Shown: positions 60,901 to 64,000 of the stretch, piece by piece | How the letters are laid out: each line of letters opens with the position of its first letter | How positions within the stretch are numbered: the stretch's first letter is position 1 | Origin: Bugula neritina | Lineage: Eukaryota > Animalia > Bryozoa | NCBI GenBank assembly: GCA_964035545.1 | Contig: OZ037765.1 | Span: 27,775,504-27,839,503, forward strand | DNA: 64,000 nucleotides | Direction: 5' to 3' | Notes under the pieces: generated by a model | The model's database searches: none | What the model was told of the DNA's origin: nothing | The model's input: only the letters and a program-made list of their open reading frames with translations | Made by a program: the position numbers and the translations under genes

Positions 60901-62516
60901 CAGACTAAAAGAAGATTTCATAAATGATCTGAGAGCTCAATCTAAGAGGCACCTTAAGGTTTGTAGTTGCACTGAAAAGTTTGTAGGTAATGTAGGCTTA
61001 TAGCTCTGTAGATAAACTTGGGTTAGTGAAGGCAAGTTATATACATTTTTCACAAAAACATAGTATTATCTTTATCCAGAAGTTTGCATCCAAGAAGAAA
61101 CTTTATTGTTGCACATCTTTGCTAATGACATAGGTAACTAAAATATTCATCAACTAATATACTTTCAAAATTAAGCTGTTGCTTTGAGATTCAGTCTTAA
61201 TTGTCATTCACATGAGATCTTTCTATTGCTTAACAACACAAATGGAAGAACCCAACAAAGTGTTTGAATACAAATTGTTTACAGTGAAGTGCTTTAAGAT
61301 ATACCTTTCTATAGCTTATAGAATCTGAAATATCTTTAGTTCTATCACTGACTTGAACACAAGATAGGAAGATATACATATTGACCTTAGAAATTACTGT
61401 TAAATCTGCTTGCTTTTCAGGCTTCCAAAAAGCACAAAAATAGACATAAGGACTCTCCATTTCTCAGCAAGTCCGTAGAGCACCAACCACTGGTTAGCAG
61501 TGCATTCTCTGGAACTCTGGGTAGCTGTTCATTTGATCAGGACGAAGAGTTGCTGAACTACAAGGTGAAAGTTGCTCACCTCATTTATACCAAGTCAGTG
61601 ACTTTCGTTTAAGAAGCCAATGAAAATTATATAATTTGATAATAAAAACTTGTTCTGTGATCAGTCTTTTAACAGATTACTGTGTTATGCGAACTGCGAA
61701 GTGTGGGCTGCTAGATATGCCAGCTAACAATATTCATGCTAAGATGGTTATGTAGATTACAGAGGAAATACTTAATAAGAAGGAAAGAGATAAATTGGAT
61801 AGGCTGCTTGATATAGAAACACCATTATACTATAATAGCTGCAGTCCATTGCAGGGCCTTGTGAACCCAGGGTCTATGTTCAGCTTGTGTGGGAGACTTC
61901 AGAAGACTAGGAACTTTGTTTATCAGGTAGGATATGTTTGAGATTACACTGTTACATGCTTCATTACACTAAGTTTTTGGATCATACGTGTAAAACAGAG
62001 GCTATGTAATACACTGTAATACTTTTATTAAAAATAAAAGAGAAACTTTTTTATGTTTACTACTTTATTTATCTAAATAAATGTAGTTTACTCTATTTAT
62101 TTAGATAACTGAAGTAGTAAACAAAATGTTTTTCGTATATATTTTTTTAATGAAGTTACTAGCCCTTAAGGTTATAATATTTTTCATCATTGCAAAAGAA
62201 CTACTGTTACATCAACTATCAAAAATAATGCTGCAATGCTTATGAAAGCAGTCACTATGAAAATTATACTATGCATGTATATTAATAAAGTTGTGACAGG
62301 TAAACAGAGTCTATCAACATTGTTTTGCAGTTTGACCTTGCACTGTATAAGACACAGCTATACGAGTGCAACAGAAATTACCTAGTGCAGCTAGAAGAGC
62401 CTCAACAACTACACACCAAAGATTTTGTGATAAAATTTTCTTGTAAAGAAGCTATTAAGTTGGTAACTGTCAAGCCTGTGTTCCCATGCCTCAACAAACA
62501 AATAAATTCGCTATAA
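54914..62516 (+). CDS. HAP2: HAP2/GCS1 (hapless 2) class II gamete fusogen homologue, ~907 aa; exons 54914-55099, 55818-56166, 56814-56984, 57420-57728, 57955-58040, 58627-58865, 59113-59290, 59654-59818, 60294-60534, 60660-60958, 61421-61564, 61756-61926, 62331-62516
   Basis: Signal peptide, then VMSRSLVYC-x7-C; QVNAGPE; FCCS; KCIYDSNTWYNLY; HAP2-GCS1 core LMIDKSKIDYTGKTCAKIGVSKETIIKQRDYCSPLVSCVENQIKDL; Ig-like domain III; Cys-rich stem HCIGPCKC...C...EAGFRG; TM ISGIALLFSSMLVIGWIKAIAGLF; second hydrophobic segment; C-terminal domain ending PVFPCLN. All 12 junctions are phase-compatible, 2724 nt with no internal stop. Confidence 0.88.
58214..58419 (+). mobile_element. tRNA-derived SINE, copy 2, in HAP2 intron 5
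   Basis: Same head GGGAGCAGCC-TGGTCTAGGGG, body TGGTGATGTTAGGAAGAGCATCCAGTCA and tail GACTATAA-CTTGC-TGAGTTTTT as 16569-16761. T-arm/B-box partly deleted; extra A/T-rich segment. Confidence 0.85.
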
Positions 62517-62848
62517 CTTTTCTTTAGTTACAGCCGTACTTATAGTAGTCCAATAAAATAGAGAAGTTAATCCAGACAGCAACAGCGTAATATTATATTA
62601 TTTAAAATAAATAATGATACAATAAAAGAGATTAAATTCTAAAAGATTAATTTGAATAAACATATTTGTAACATCCGTGGAGAGATTCTTGCACCGTGTC
62701 ATAATTCTCATCAGAGTTAATACTTCCTATAGCACATGTTTTGAGATCTACAAAAGAATACCTTGAGTTTAGAATATAACATACGCATGTAATAGGCCTA
62801 TTTTATTAAAACAGTTCAAATATTTAACAAATAGTTATGCAAGAATAC

Positions 62849-63676
62849 CTACTTTAGTCCAAGAGTATGAGAGCCTTCTTGGTCTTTAGTAAGCACAGCT
62901 GGCGTGGCTGTAAAAGGCTTCTTGAACCATTCCACAAACCCTAAATAAAAAATTAATTTAATATTAAAATTAACCCTATCTGCTGGTAGTAGAGGATTAG
63001 CACATACTATAATAATTATCATCAGGAACAGAAAGTAGAAGTGCCATGGCAGTCAAAATAGTCACAAGAGAAATGGGTCTACAATCAATATTAAAGAAAG
63101 TACAACATTATACATATTATTCAAAATAAAAAACTTATGGAGGCAGCCAAAAGTTTTACTGATACAAGAAAAATACAAGTTTTGTGCAGCAGTTTTCAAA
63201 AATAAAAAGAAAGAAACAATTGGCAAGGTATATAGCCACCATTACGAGTAATGCACCCTAGCCTTATATATTTAATGAAATACATGTATAAACCAATAGT
63301 ATATATACAAGAGAAATTCTCACTATCCAAAATTAGTTTTGACAACCACAATCTCTGAGTGGGCTAGCAATATATTATATTAGATACCATTAAAAGAATA
63401 AAATTACTCAAAAAAATCAGTTAAATAATTTATGTTTACATTCCAACAAAAAATGTTTAGTTCAGTTATTATATATTGTTTTGAAAAAATTGGAGGAAGA
63501 CATTTACAGCTTCAGCCTAACATTGCAATGTGAAGTATTACGACTTTCAACTTAGATTAGTTTTTCCTCAAGAACTCATAATAAATGCAAAACTTGCCAG
63601 GAGCAGACAATCCCACCGAGTCTCGTAATTCTGGAGTAGATTTTGACTCGGCATTTTTACTTGAGATTTGATGCTG
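62849..63676 (-). CDS. Possible 3'-terminal exons of an unidentified convergent gene (~63676-63598, 62940-62849)
   Basis: Higher-GC islands with a strong acceptor TTTTATTTAG|GG at 62941/62940 and a possible GC donor CCTG|GCAAGT. One joined reading is ...STPELRDSVGLSAPGFVEWFKKPFTATPAVLTKDQEGSHTLGLK*. Frame and product not established. Confidence 0.3.
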
Positions 63677-64000
63677 TTTTTCAGTTGATATTGCAGCTTG
63701 CACTTGCACCCATGGAACTGAAGCCATTTTAATGCTGGTAATGCGTTTACTATATCAAAGTGGCATATAGGACTTGAAAAATCAACCTAAAATTGCAAGG
63801 AACAATAAATTGGTAAAATAAAGCATCAATTTTAAAAACAATAACAAGCTACAGTTATATTGCTTTAAAAACATCGAATCTGACTTGAAGAACACTTATT
63901 TATGCTACATTTTTTCATATGTGAAAAGTCAATGTACATACATATTAAAATACTTTAGAAAAAAGGATCGAATCAATAAAATCTGGTTTGCTGAATTTGT

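Overview
AT-rich eukaryotic genomic DNA with many short GT-AG introns, from an animal. The gene set and the HAP2 subtype point to an invertebrate; the species cannot be fixed from sequence alone. Exons were assembled by hand with splice-phase checks. Genes, left to right: FBXL7 (-, 3' part off the left edge); an unidentified Ser-rich protein with a Cys-rich C-terminus (+); a KIF6-like kinesin-9 with a loop-12 insertion and a terminal IQ motif (+); HAPSTR1/C16orf72 (-) head-to-head with USP7 (+), 688 bp between start codons; an IRSp53/BAIAP2-like I-BAR-SH3 protein (+); a 13-exon, ~907-aa HAP2/GCS1 gamete fusogen (+) starting only 544 bp later; and possible 3' exons of a convergent gene at the right edge. 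Repeats include two copies of a tRNA-derived SINE (one with a 19-bp target-site duplication), a 20-bp hairpin minisatellite and microsatellites. Most interesting: (1) an intact HAP2 whose fusion-loop region appears deleted together with its disulfide pair, next to an I-BAR gene; (2) the HAPSTR1-USP7 divergent pair, also neighbours in human, on a symmetric ETS/YY1 promoter; (3) degenerate ANTNAT hexamer tracts that mark first introns beside promoters; (4) candidate uORF and non-AUG translational control in USP7 and the kinesin. All homology calls are from recalled family sequences, not database searches.
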